NCBI GenBank assembly: GCA_963676835.2
Contig: CAXXFF010000003.1
Coordinates: 32,001 to 96,000 of the forward strand
Origin: Marispirochaeta sp.
GTDB taxonomy: Bacteria; Spirochaetota; Spirochaetia; JC444; Marispirochaetaceae
DNA: 64,000 bases
Direction of reading: 5' to 3'
Part shown: positions 38,610 to 48,603 of the stretch, piece by piece
Layout: the number at the start of each line of letters is the position of its first letter
Position numbering within the stretch: position 1 is the first letter of the stretch
Notes under the pieces: generated by a model
Told to the model about the DNA's origin: nothing
The model's database searches: none
The model's input: the letters and a program-made list of their open reading frames with translations, nothing else
Made by a program: the position numbers and the translations under genes

Positions 38610-40514
38610 ATGAAATTTTCCTTTCCTGAACATCAAAGAACACAGCTTCTCTGGCTGTTAGATGCCACCGACCCGGAAACCGCCGAACTCGGCCTTATTA
38701 ACAGATTGCTTCAACGGTATAACGGTTTCACTGTTCCCCTGCGAGATATAAGCCGGGCGGGCATTGATGTTTCAGGTAGCAGCCTGATAAAGAAGCTGTT
38801 AAAAACCGGCTTCCTGCGGATAAGTAAAACAGAGTTCGAAATTCATCCCAGATACCTCAATCCATATACTGAGTTAATCGCAGATATAAAAAATATCTAC
38901 GCGGACTTTCAGAAAGGTCAGATACCGATAACAACCCATTTCCCCTGCAGCAGTTTCAGTGTTGTTCCCGAAGGCACCCGGACAGTGAGTCTTGCTGATT
39001 TCAGTATCAATTTCCGACAGGCAGAGATCCATAAAGAGGAACTGTTTGAAATAGCTTTCCCTGGAAACCTCCCCTCTGTCCTGCTGCACAGTGATTACAT
39101 CCAGGAGTTTCCTTTTATATGCTGGCGTAAAATACGATATTATTTTGCACAATTTTCCGGGGACAACAGTGATTTCTTCGCAGAGAAAATTATGAGCTAC
39201 CGGAATCTTCTGATTGGAAAACCGCGGGATCTCCTGGAAAGCGAAATAAATCACCTGAAAAGACCCACAGATAAAGAGTACCGGGAAGAGTGCACCAGAA
39301 TAGTGCTCAACCGTATAACTGCATCCAACGACGCTGCCAGACAGGTTATTCAGGATACAGTATCAGCGGAAAACAGCTATATCCTTACCCGGTTCTCCTA
39401 CAATGAAGCCGGTGATTTCGATTTTCTTCAGTCTTTGGTACTGTTAAAACAGTATTATGAGAGCAGAGAGCAAAGATATGCACCCGGTGCAGACGACTTT
39501 CTAAAAGGATTAAAAGATAACATAAATATCTGTGTTACCACCGGTACATTAAAGAACCTTATAAGCGAACATTTTTCATCGGCTCCGACCGAACAGGTGG
39601 ACCGTATCTTTGACAGTTTTCTGGGAAAGTACGCCAGCGGCACCCCTTCCGAAAGGGAAGTTTTTGGTTTCAACGCACCGGGACAGGGTGAATTCCTTAT
39701 CCATCGGGATAATCTGCCAGCGTTTCTTGATTCCACAGGAAGCAGAGTGCTGCGTAAAATACAGGGCAACATTGATGAGCGATGGAGTTCAATGATTGAA
39801 CAGCATCGATTTGAAGATGCCATGCTTTACGATAAGTCATTCCGTAAACTTCTCCTGGAACTGACAGCTGCAGAAAATCCTCTTTTTACCGCAATGGTGA
39901 AACGTCCTGAACTATATGCCATACTGAAAAAAATTCCCATTAGAAGCAGCCTGGTTTCACGGCTGTCCACCCATACCTTCAGCGAAGCGGATAAAGTTTT
40001 TGAGCTTAATCGCAGTCGTATTTACGATGATATTTATAAAGCTTCTTATAGCGGTTATTCTCTTCTTGGAGGCTTGATTTTCCGCCTTCTCCACTGGCTT
40101 TCCCGTTCAGTTTACACAGGGCAGAATCAGGACACGAAAGAACCTGCTTCTCTTCCGGAGGATAAAAAAGCAAGCACCATATCAGAAAAGGAGATTCTGA
40201 AGCAGATTGGTGCCGCGGAGAAAGCGGAAGGCAGTTCCATACTGCAGGAACTCTGGAACCGTCTTCCTGTGGATATACTCCCCAGGGAAGAAATTGACCG
40301 CAATATCCTCACCGAGTTGATGGCCTTCTATAACCAGAAAAATGAAGTTGTTTTTTCAACCCTCGATCATATCCGCGAAAGGAATATACGGCGGGTCATG
40401 CAGAAAGCTTCACACCTTGAGGGGTATAAAAACAGTCTGGATGAATATATCCAGGCCAAGATCACGGTATTGGTTGCTACCCGGCCGGAACTTAGAAACA
40501 AAACCCGTTTTTAA
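38610..40514 (+). CDS. Hypothetical protein (634 aa, largely helical)
   Basis: Long uninterrupted ORF co-directional with neighbours; no motif recognised. Confidence 0.7.
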   Translation: MKFSFPEHQRTQLLWLLDATDPETAELGLINRLLQRYNGFTVPLRDISRAGIDVSGSSLIKKLLKTGFLRISKTEFEIHPRYLNPYTELIADIKNIYADFQKGQIPITTHFPCSSFSVVPEGTRTVSLADFSINFRQAEIHKEELFEIAFPGNLPSVLLHSDYIQEFPFICWRKIRYYFAQFSGDNSDFFAEKIMSYRNLLIGKPRDLLESEINHLKRPTDKEYREECTRIVLNRITASNDAARQVIQDTVSAENSYILTRFSYNEAGDFDFLQSLVLLKQYYESREQRYAPGADDFLKGLKDNINICVTTGTLKNLISEHFSSAPTEQVDRIFDSFLGKYASGTPSEREVFGFNAPGQGEFLIHRDNLPAFLDSTGSRVLRKIQGNIDERWSSMIEQHRFEDAMLYDKSFRKLLLELTAAENPLFTAMVKRPELYAILKKIPIRSSLVSRLSTHTFSEADKVFELNRSRIYDDIYKASYSGYSLLGGLIFRLLHWLSRSVYTGQNQDTKEPASLPEDKKASTISEKEILKQIGAAEKAEGSSILQELWNRLPVDILPREEIDRNILTELMAFYNQKNEVVFSTLDHIRERNIRRVMQKASHLEGYKNSLDEYIQAKITVLVATRPELRNKTRF

Positions 40515-40561
40515 CCGAACGACTGTATAGCCCCGGGGCTGCGTACAGTAAATTGAAAGTT

Positions 40562-43500
40562 ATGAATACAACAGAAATCAAACAGTGGTTTTCACCCCTT
40601 ATAGCTGAATGGTTCTCCCGCAAGTATCATACCCCCACTAATGCCCAGAAACTGGTGTGGCAGCAGGCAGCTTCAGATGAGCATATGCTTCTTACCTCTC
40701 CAACCGGCACGGGTAAGACTCTGGCAGCCTTTTTAACAGCCATAGACCGGCTGATCAGTGGAGTATGGCCTGCCGGTCAACTTACAGTGCTTTATATTTC
40801 ACCCCTGAAGGCCCTGAACAGGGATGTACAGTTAAACCTTTTGACGCCCTTAAAAGAAATACAAAATCTGGCATCTGAACAGAATATTACAATACCGTCA
40901 ATCAACATAGAAACAAGAAGCGGCGATACAAGTGCATACAGACGGAGAAAAATATTGTCGCATCCTCCGGAGATACTCATCACAACCCCTGAGAGCCTGA
41001 ACATGCTGATTTCCACCGTCTCAGGTTATGCACTATTTTCTCAACTTAAATGTGTCATTCTGGATGAAATTCATAACCTTGCGGGCAGCAAAAGAGGCAC
41101 CCACCTGATAACTGCGGTTGAAAGAATCGTTCCCCTCTCCGGGGAATTTCAGCGGATAGGATTATCTGCCACCATAGGTAATCCTGAAACAATGCGGGAT
41201 TTCATGGGCGGATTCATAAAGCCGGAAACTCCCAGGACTGTCAGACTTCTCAGATCAGAAGACACCCGTACAATAGAATTAAAGGTCGATACAGTTCCGG
41301 CTCAGGATTTTTCAAGTATGGAACATCTCTCTTCCGGAGAAAAGACAGATACGATCTGGAAACGTCTTGCCGGAATTATCCGCCCTCAGCTGAGCAGTGA
41401 AAAATCGACCCTCGTTTTTGTTAATTCAAGGAGACTTGCTGAAAAACTGACCTATCTGATAAATCTGGATTCAGTTGAACCTGTTGCCTATGCGCATCAT
41501 GGATCATTAAGCCGTGAAATACGGCTGCTGGCCGAAGAGCGGCTTAAAAGCGGCCGGCTCAAATGTCTTGTTGCAACAAACTCTCTGGAGCTGGGAATAG
41601 ATATTGGAGACCTTGATCACATAATTCTTGTTCAGACACCCATGTCTCTCTCTTCGGCCTTTCAGAAACTGGGGAGAGCCGGTCACGCTGTGGGAGGTAT
41701 AAGCCGGGGAACCCTATACTGCACCCACGGAAGAGACCTCCTGGCAGCGGCAGCTCTCTGCAGTGCAATCGATGGTAAAATAATTGAATCAACTATTCCC
41801 CCTGAAAATTCACTCGATGTTCTTTCCCAGATAATTGTGTCTCATCTTGTCCGAGGAGAAAATGATCTCGACAATCTATATGCAACGTTAAAAAAATCCT
41901 GGCCTTATAGAAATCTTGCAAAGGAAGAGTTCCTTAAAACAGAGGAAATGCTGCGCGGGTTCTACCAGGGAATAAAGATACAGAATCTCCCTGTTTTTAT
42001 ACTAGACACCGATCAAGGCACCTCCGCTTCTCCCGCTGCCAGGGGAGCGCTGTTCTCATCGGGAGGAACTATACCTGACCGCGGTTATTACACTCTTAAA
42101 CATGCAGGGAATGGTTCTCTCATCGGAGAACTTGATGAGGAATTTGTATGGGAACGAAAAACCGGTGATATTTTCGGATATGCCAGCAGACGCTGGCGGA
42201 TAGTCAGCATAAACAGTCAGGTTATGGAGGTTCTCCCTACCAGCAGCCCCGCCAACTCAGCTTCTTTCTTTATAGCAGAACAGTTTCTTGCGGGACCTGA
42301 AGGCTATTCCCTGACCAGGGATCTTCTTGACCGTTTTTCAGCCGACATTAACCTCAGGAAAACTCTGGAGACCAAATTCAGTTTTACTCCCGATGCAGCG
42401 GAGGGTCTTCAAGGTTTCATCGAAAAACAGTCCAGGACCGCCATGCTTCCGGGACACAATAGAATAATCAGCGAATACACACGCCTCTCGAATACCGGAA
42501 ACCTGCTGGAAATTCTTTTTATTCATACCTTTCGGGGAGGTAAAATAAACGCTCCGTTAGGGCTTATTCTGCACAAAAAAATGGAAAAGAGCGGAAATCC
42601 CGTATCTGTCAGCTGGGATAACGATTCAATTCTAATTGTTTCACCGGAAAAACTGCCGAGAGATATCTTCAGTTATGTGTCTCCCGAGGATATTACAGGT
42701 ACTCTTGTGGAAGCCCTTTCCGGCAGCGGTATTTATGGGACACGTTTCAGAGAAGCCGCAGGCCGCTCTCTAATACTGGCGAGAGATGGTTTCGGCAGAC
42801 GCACTCCCCTCTGGCTGTCCCGCTTACGGGCAAAACGGCTGTATTCAAGCCTGCACCGCTTTCCCGGTTTTCCATTGCTTATGGAAGCTGCCCATGAGTG
42901 TCTGGAACAGCAGTTCGACCTTCAGGGATTACGGAATTTTTTACAGGAAATCAAAACATCCTTACTTGATACAGTAGTAGTGGAAACCGATAGTCCATCA
43001 CCATTCTGCTCTGCCGTTTTGTGGCAACAGGTAAATGCTCAGATCTATTCGGATGACGTTCCAGAAAACTTTCCTGTAGATACTAAAGAGTGGGCAGAAC
43101 GAATCAGCTCTGGTGAGTTTCTGAAACCGGCTATTAAAGAGAGCGTAATAGATGATTTTCTTAAACGGTTGAGAAGGACAGCCCCTGAATACAGGCCTTT
43201 AAGCGCGGCTGATCTTGAATCTGTTGTACTGGAGCGACAGTACATATCTATCAGTGAGTTTAAAAAATATGCCGGTTTTCTGGAAAAGGAATATATCCTG
43301 AAACCAGATGGAAAAATCGGTTCCTTCCGAGGATGGGTCGCTTCCGGCGATCGTCTCTCCAGACTGAAACTACCCGATAATAGTGACGAGCTTTATACTA
43401 TCTTCATCGCCTGGTTTTACTATGCTGGGCCTTTTGAAAAAGAAGAGTTCAGTACAGATGATTTTTCAGTAAGCCCCTTCGAAAAAGAGACCGCTCTGAG

Positions 43501-44800
43501 AATGGTGGAAAGGGCCCTGGATGAAGGACTGATAATTGAAGACCGTTTAGGTGAAGCAGAGAACCGCAAGGAACTTATCAGCCGCGAGGCCTACGAACAG
43601 CTTCTTCGTTTTGCCCGGGGAAGAAATCGATCCGCAGAATTTAACTCTTTAAACGTGAATGAATTTGCAGAGATGTTCGCTGGATGGCAGACTACAGAAC
43701 GTAAAAGTTCAATTCTCGACATTTGCCTCCAATATGAAGGACTGGCCATTAAGAAATCAGTCTGGGACACCATTGTCTTTCCCTTACGAACAATGGATTA
43801 TAAAGCTGATAAGGTAGATGATATTCTCCATGGGAGAGAGCTGTTTTTTATCGGCGGCACCTCCGACAAGAGAACCTTCTGGCATCTGAACGACAATGAC
43901 CTGCGTACCTGTCCGCCTGAAACTGCATATGCAGGTTCGCCGGTACCGCATCGGGGTGCCTACAATTTCTGGGAAATCAGCAGCGAATTCACAGGCACCA
44001 ATGCCGAACTTGCGGCACTCCTGAAAAAATATCACACCAGAGGAGTACTATGTTCGGATACCTGGAACTATGGTGATAACTCAACAGAGTCGAAAAAAGT
44101 ACGCCCGGACAGGAAAGATTTTTCCCGTTGGCAGCAGACCCTGCCGATACAAGGCAGCTGGTTCCAGGCACCATTCGCGGAACCCGGGAACTCCCTGGAA
44201 GAACTGGAAAAAGCCAAAGAACGGGTTCGCATTTTATTTGACCGCTATCCCGTTCTGTTCAGGGAAATGCTCTACCGGGAAACCCGGCCATTCCGATGGA
44301 TGGACATTTTTCAGGCTTTGCGTTTGATGGAATTTTCAGGAGAAGTTATCAGCGGCAACTTTATTAACGCTGTTCCAGGGCTGCAATTCATCCAGCCGCA
44401 AAACAGGGAAAAACTACAGTTCTCTGACAGGCAGAGTTCACTGAGACTTCTACATGTTCAGGATCCGGCTTCTCTTTCCGGCATCCCTTTAAATGTTTTG
44501 AAAGACACTTTTCCTCCCCGAAGGGGAGATCTCTGGTATATCATGGAGGCCGGCACAATGGTGCTCTCCTATGCTCCGAATAAGGGTAACCTTCAGATTT
44601 ATTCAGAGAGTTCTGCGGAAAAAGCCTTTCACCACCTCTGCGCAAAAATGATCAGTACCCATGGCTTACCAGACAAAATACAGATACGTCAGATCAATAA
44701 TGAAAGCGCAGCTTTGTCGCCCTATTTATCTCTTCTTGAAAAAAACGGCTTTTCCAGAGGGTACAAGGAGTATACCCTCTGGAATTATAAAAGCTCTTAA
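40562..44800 (+). CDS. lhr: Lhr-family large ATP-dependent helicase
   Basis: SPTGTGKT, SPLKAL, TTPESL, DEIH, HHGSLS, LELGIDIG, GTIPDRG, GELDEEFV. Confidence 0.92.
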   Translation: MNTTEIKQWFSPLIAEWFSRKYHTPTNAQKLVWQQAASDEHMLLTSPTGTGKTLAAFLTAIDRLISGVWPAGQLTVLYISPLKALNRDVQLNLLTPLKEIQNLASEQNITIPSINIETRSGDTSAYRRRKILSHPPEILITTPESLNMLISTVSGYALFSQLKCVILDEIHNLAGSKRGTHLITAVERIVPLSGEFQRIGLSATIGNPETMRDFMGGFIKPETPRTVRLLRSEDTRTIELKVDTVPAQDFSSMEHLSSGEKTDTIWKRLAGIIRPQLSSEKSTLVFVNSRRLAEKLTYLINLDSVEPVAYAHHGSLSREIRLLAEERLKSGRLKCLVATNSLELGIDIGDLDHIILVQTPMSLSSAFQKLGRAGHAVGGISRGTLYCTHGRDLLAAAALCSAIDGKIIESTIPPENSLDVLSQIIVSHLVRGENDLDNLYATLKKSWPYRNLAKEEFLKTEEMLRGFYQGIKIQNLPVFILDTDQGTSASPAARGALFSSGGTIPDRGYYTLKHAGNGSLIGELDEEFVWERKTGDIFGYASRRWRIVSINSQVMEVLPTSSPANSASFFIAEQFLAGPEGYSLTRDLLDRFSADINLRKTLETKFSFTPDAAEGLQGFIEKQSRTAMLPGHNRIISEYTRLSNTGNLLEILFIHTFRGGKINAPLGLILHKKMEKSGNPVSVSWDNDSILIVSPEKLPRDIFSYVSPEDITGTLVEALSGSGIYGTRFREAAGRSLILARDGFGRRTPLWLSRLRAKRLYSSLHRFPGFPLLMEAAHECLEQQFDLQGLRNFLQEIKTSLLDTVVVETDSPSPFCSAVLWQQVNAQIYSDDVPENFPVDTKEWAERISSGEFLKPAIKESVIDDFLKRLRRTAPEYRPLSAADLESVVLERQYISISEFKKYAGFLEKEYILKPDGKIGSFRGWVASGDRLSRLKLPDNSDELYTIFIAWFYYAGPFEKEEFSTDDFSVSPFEKETALRMVERALDEGLIIEDRLGEAENRKELISREAYEQLLRFARGRNRSAEFNSLNVNEFAEMFAGWQTTERKSSILDICLQYEGLAIKKSVWDTIVFPLRTMDYKADKVDDILHGRELFFIGGTSDKRTFWHLNDNDLRTCPPETAYAGSPVPHRGAYNFWEISSEFTGTNAELAALLKKYHTRGVLCSDTWNYGDNSTESKKVRPDRKDFSRWQQTLPIQGSWFQAPFAEPGNSLEELEKAKERVRILFDRYPVLFREMLYRETRPFRWMDIFQALRLMEFSGEVISGNFINAVPGLQFIQPQNREKLQFSDRQSSLRLLHVQDPASLSGIPLNVLKDTFPPRRGDLWYIMEAGTMVLSYAPNKGNLQIYSESSAEKAFHHLCAKMISTHGLPDKIQIRQINNESAALSPYLSLLEKNGFSRGYKEYTLWNYKSS

Positions 44801-44814
44801 CATAGAATCGTCCT

Positions 44815-45759
44815 ATGGAAAAACTTTCCCGCCTGGATTCAGATTCAGAGCTCCGCAAAAAGATCCTTCCCTACTGTCGTCTCAAGACAGGTGAAATCTG
44901 GGAAGATAAGATAAACGGTCACAGAGTCGGTACAGGCGATGTCCGGGACCATGACGTTACCTCCAATCTGTTTGACGGCAGAAAGGCCGACCTGTTTCTC
45001 AATGACCCACCCTATAATATCAGTGTAGGCAGCAGAAATACCGATGCCCTGTCGCAATACTCTGTTGAACAATATATTGAGTTTACACGGGACTGGTTAA
45101 ATTCCACCCTTATCTATCTTAACGATCATGCCCACTTTTATTTATGGACAGGCGCAGATCAGCGTGCAGGGTTCCAGCCTCTCCCGGAACTGATGCTTCT
45201 CATGAGGGAATATCCCCAACTTACCAGCAGAAGCTTTATTACAATGCGTAATCAGCGGGGATACGGAACTCAGAATAACTGGATGAGTGTACGACAGGAA
45301 CTTCTGTATTATATAAAAGGGAACCCGGGGTTCGATGTCCGCTATACGGATATCCCCAAAATTCTCAAAGGTTATTACAAGACAGTGTCCGGTAAAAGAA
45401 CAGAAAACATGGAACGCAGTAAAAGTGACTGCATAAGGCCGGGGAACGTATGGGTAGATATACAGCAGGTATTTTACCGGATGAAGGAAAATGTCCCCGG
45501 AGCGTATGCACAAAAACCGTTAAAAGCCGCTCTTCGCATCCTGGATGCATGCAGCTTAGGCCCAGGATCGATAACAGCCGACTTTTTCAGCCATTCAGGA
45601 ACCAGCCTGATAGCTGCCGAACAGAAAGGTCTTCAGTGCTTCACCATGGACATTGATCCGGTTTTTGCCGAATTATCCATCCGCCGTCTTGAACATTTCC
45701 GGAAAACCGGAGAACCCGGCTGGCAGACAGAATCTCCTTTTCCGGAAATATTCCCCTGA
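44815..45759 (+). CDS. Beta-class N6A/N4C DNA methyltransferase, orphan
   Basis: DPPYN (motif IV) precedes QKP and DFFSHSGT (motif I). Confidence 0.85.
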   Translation: MEKLSRLDSDSELRKKILPYCRLKTGEIWEDKINGHRVGTGDVRDHDVTSNLFDGRKADLFLNDPPYNISVGSRNTDALSQYSVEQYIEFTRDWLNSTLIYLNDHAHFYLWTGADQRAGFQPLPELMLLMREYPQLTSRSFITMRNQRGYGTQNNWMSVRQELLYYIKGNPGFDVRYTDIPKILKGYYKTVSGKRTENMERSKSDCIRPGNVWVDIQQVFYRMKENVPGAYAQKPLKAALRILDACSLGPGSITADFFSHSGTSLIAAEQKGLQCFTMDIDPVFAELSIRRLEHFRKTGEPGWQTESPFPEIFP

Positions 45760-45838
45760 TACTCATCCATCCTGTAATCACCTTTACGACCGTTAACCCT
45801 AATACAGTAAAAATGTAATAAAACCTAAACAATTGCGA

Positions 45839-45917
45839 TTGCTACCCGATATATAGTGTGTTAAGATAGCTGAAAGATCAAACAAGGCACTATATATAAC
45901 GGCCCTACATATAGCGT
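45839..45917 (+). promoter_or_regulatory. nrd operon promoter with NrdR boxes
   Basis: TTGCTA (45839)-17 bp-TAAGAT (45862); boxes ACCCGATATATAGTGT (45844), GCACTATATATAACGG (45887) and GCCCTACATATAGCGT (45902) resemble ACACWATATATWGTGT. Confidence 0.78.
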
Positions 45918-45957
45918 GTATTATGCCAGGTTAAATAATTTCTTTGTTGGTAGGAAA

Positions 45958-46413
45958 ATGCGTTGTCCCCATTGTCAGGAAACAGAAGATAAGGTTATAG
46001 AGTCCAGACAGAATGCCAGCGGAACCTCAATCCGTCGACGCCGTGAGTGTACCGGTTGCGGGTACAGATTCACCTCCTATGAGAGGATAGAAGAAAAACC
46101 GCTCATGGTGATAAAACGGGACGGCCGCAGGGAACCCTTTTCCATAGAAAAAATTGAAGAAGGAATTCAGCGCTCATTGCAGAAACGTCCGGTTTCCCAA
46201 AAGCAGGTAGAAGATTTACTCCATGCAATTGAAGATGAAGCAGTACTGCTTGCCCGGAACAGCCGGGAGATCAAAGCCGAGAACATCGGCGATCTGGTGT
46301 TGCGTAAACTTTATGAACTGGATGGTGTAGCTTATGTCCGTTTTGCATCAGTATACCGCATGTTTGACAATGTAGGTGAATTTATCAACGAAATAGAAAA
46401 ACTGTCCCGATAG
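45958..46413 (+). CDS. nrdR: Transcriptional repressor NrdR
   Basis: MRCPHC...IRRRRECTGCGYRFTSYE, ATP cone, VAYVRFASVYR. Confidence 0.97.
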   Translation: MRCPHCQETEDKVIESRQNASGTSIRRRRECTGCGYRFTSYERIEEKPLMVIKRDGRREPFSIEKIEEGIQRSLQKRPVSQKQVEDLLHAIEDEAVLLARNSREIKAENIGDLVLRKLYELDGVAYVRFASVYRMFDNVGEFINEIEKLSR

Positions 46414-46467
46414 TCGGGGAAAACATAATAGAACCTGTATAGAAGGAACTGGGAGGGGAACTTTTTT

Positions 46468-48573
46468 ATGTCCGAAAACAGCTGGAAAGATTTTTTAAAA
46501 GAACATCATTCTGTCAGCCAGGAAGGGCCGGTACGACAGGTGGTCAAACGGGACGGCGAAACAGAAAGCTACGACCGCTGGCGTATTGCATCAGCTGTCA
46601 GCCGGGCTGTAAATGCAGCCCGGGACACGGATGATCAGGCGCTGGTAGAGGTTCTTACCTCCAAGGTAGAACGGCGCCTGCTTGAGTTCATGCAGTCCCG
46701 TCACCCCAATAGTGCCCCTGCGGTGGAAGAGATTCAGGATCTGGTGGAAAATGTTCTTATCGACAGCGGCGAAAGCGATATTGCCAAGAAATATATTATC
46801 TACCGCGCCCGGCATGAGGTCATGCGGGATACAAAAAAACTTATGGTTGATATCAACTCAACCATGGACGGTTACCTCAGCCAGTCAGACTGGCGGGTTA
46901 ATGAGAACGCCAATGTAAATTTTTCCCTTGGCGGACTTATCCTGCATAATTCCGGAACCATAACGGCAAACTACTGGCTTAAAAACATCTACCCCGAAGA
47001 AATTGCAGATGCCCATAGAAAAGCCGACTTTCATATTCATGATCTCTCAATGTTTTCCGGCTACTGTGCCGGCTGGTCCTTAAGACAGCTTATTCAGGAA
47101 GGTCTTGGCGGAGTACCCGATAAGATCACCTCAACTCCGGCAAAACATCTTTCCACCCTTATCCAGCAGGTGGTTAACTTCCTCGGCATTATGCAGAATG
47201 AGTGGGCAGGCGCTCAGGCACTTTCAAGCTTTGATACCTACCTTGCTCCTTTTGTAAAAGTGGACAATCTCCAGGAGGAAGAGGTAAAACAGGCTATTCA
47301 GAGTTTTGTCTTCGGCGTAAACACCCCCTCGCGCTGGGGAAGCCAGGCACCTTTTACCAACATAACCCTGGACTGGACAGTACCTCCGGACCTTGCGGAC
47401 AAAAAAGCTCTTGTCGGCGGCGAAGAGATGAAGTTCACCTACGGAGAGTGTCAGGAAGAGATGGACCTTATCAACAAGGTCTTTATTCAGCTAATGCTTG
47501 ATGGCGATGCAAACGGAAGGGGATTTCAGTATCCCATTCCAACCTATAACATCACCAGAGATTTCGGATGGGACAGCCCAAATGCGGATCTGTTGTTTAC
47601 CATGACCGCAAAGTACGGTACCCCCTATTTTCAGAACTTTATCAACTCCGACCTGGATCCCGGCGATGTACGTTCCATGTGCTGCCGGCTGCAGCTGGAT
47701 AAGCGGGAACTGCGAAAACGCGGCGGCGGGCTTTTCGGCTCAGATGAGTTTACCGGCTCTATCGGGGTTGTTACGGTCAATCTGCCAAGAATCGGTTACC
47801 TTTCCCGTGATAAGGGGGAGTTCTACCGCAGACTTTCGCGGATGATGGATCTGGCTGCGGAATCTCTCACCATTAAACGAAAGGTGATAAACCGCCTCAT
47901 GGAAGGAGGGCTCTTCCCCTACACCATGAGGTACCTGAAACACCTCAATAACCATTTCTCCACCATTGGCATCTGCGGTATGAACGAATGCCTTAAGAAC
48001 TTCATGGGTGTGGATATTACCACCATGGAAGGAAAACAGTTTGCCATTGAAATTCTTGATTTTATGAGAGACCGCCTTGCTGATTATCAGGAACGTACAG
48101 GCGATCTGTTTAACCTGGAGGCAACCCCCGCAGAGAGCACCAGCTACCGCCTGGCCAAGCATGACAAAGAACATTATCCCAATATTATTACCGGCGGTCA
48201 GGAAGAGGTCTATTATACAAACTCAACCCAGCTCCCGGTTGAATATACAGAAGATGTATTCGAAGCCCTTGACCACCAGGATGACCTGCAGACCCGCTAT
48301 ACCGGAGGAACCGTTTTCCATGGCCTCGTAGGCGAAGCAATAGAAGATACAGAATCCTGTAAAAACCTGGTGAAGGCAGTTGCCAGTAATTACCGGCTGC
48401 CCTACTTTACCATAACACCAACCTTCTCTATCTGTCCGGTACATGGATACCTGTCGGGTGAACATTTCGACTGCCCGAAATGCAGAGAGGAAGAAGAAAT
48501 ACGGCTGAAAACAGAGATCAATAACCTCAAAGCCCTGAAAAAAGAGCTGCAGTCTCAGGCTGCCCCTGTATAA
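46468..48573 (+). CDS. nrdD: Class III ribonucleotide reductase large chain lacking the glycyl-radical loop
   Basis: ATP cone (VVKRDG), ENAN, HIHDL, YCAGW, SMCCRL, EATPAES, YTGGT, CPVHG...CPKC; no RxxGY motif. Confidence 0.93.
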   Translation: MSENSWKDFLKEHHSVSQEGPVRQVVKRDGETESYDRWRIASAVSRAVNAARDTDDQALVEVLTSKVERRLLEFMQSRHPNSAPAVEEIQDLVENVLIDSGESDIAKKYIIYRARHEVMRDTKKLMVDINSTMDGYLSQSDWRVNENANVNFSLGGLILHNSGTITANYWLKNIYPEEIADAHRKADFHIHDLSMFSGYCAGWSLRQLIQEGLGGVPDKITSTPAKHLSTLIQQVVNFLGIMQNEWAGAQALSSFDTYLAPFVKVDNLQEEEVKQAIQSFVFGVNTPSRWGSQAPFTNITLDWTVPPDLADKKALVGGEEMKFTYGECQEEMDLINKVFIQLMLDGDANGRGFQYPIPTYNITRDFGWDSPNADLLFTMTAKYGTPYFQNFINSDLDPGDVRSMCCRLQLDKRELRKRGGGLFGSDEFTGSIGVVTVNLPRIGYLSRDKGEFYRRLSRMMDLAAESLTIKRKVINRLMEGGLFPYTMRYLKHLNNHFSTIGICGMNECLKNFMGVDITTMEGKQFAIEILDFMRDRLADYQERTGDLFNLEATPAESTSYRLAKHDKEHYPNIITGGQEEVYYTNSTQLPVEYTEDVFEALDHQDDLQTRYTGGTVFHGLVGEAIEDTESCKNLVKAVASNYRLPYFTITPTFSICPVHGYLSGEHFDCPKCREEEEIRLKTEINNLKALKKELQSQAAPV

Positions 48574-48603
48574 ACGAAACGGTTTAAAGAAAGGACGGAA
48601 AGA

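Noticed and set aside
44815..45759. Restriction-modification system or prophage remnant
   Set aside because: No endonuclease, integrase or phage genes are recognisable nearby.
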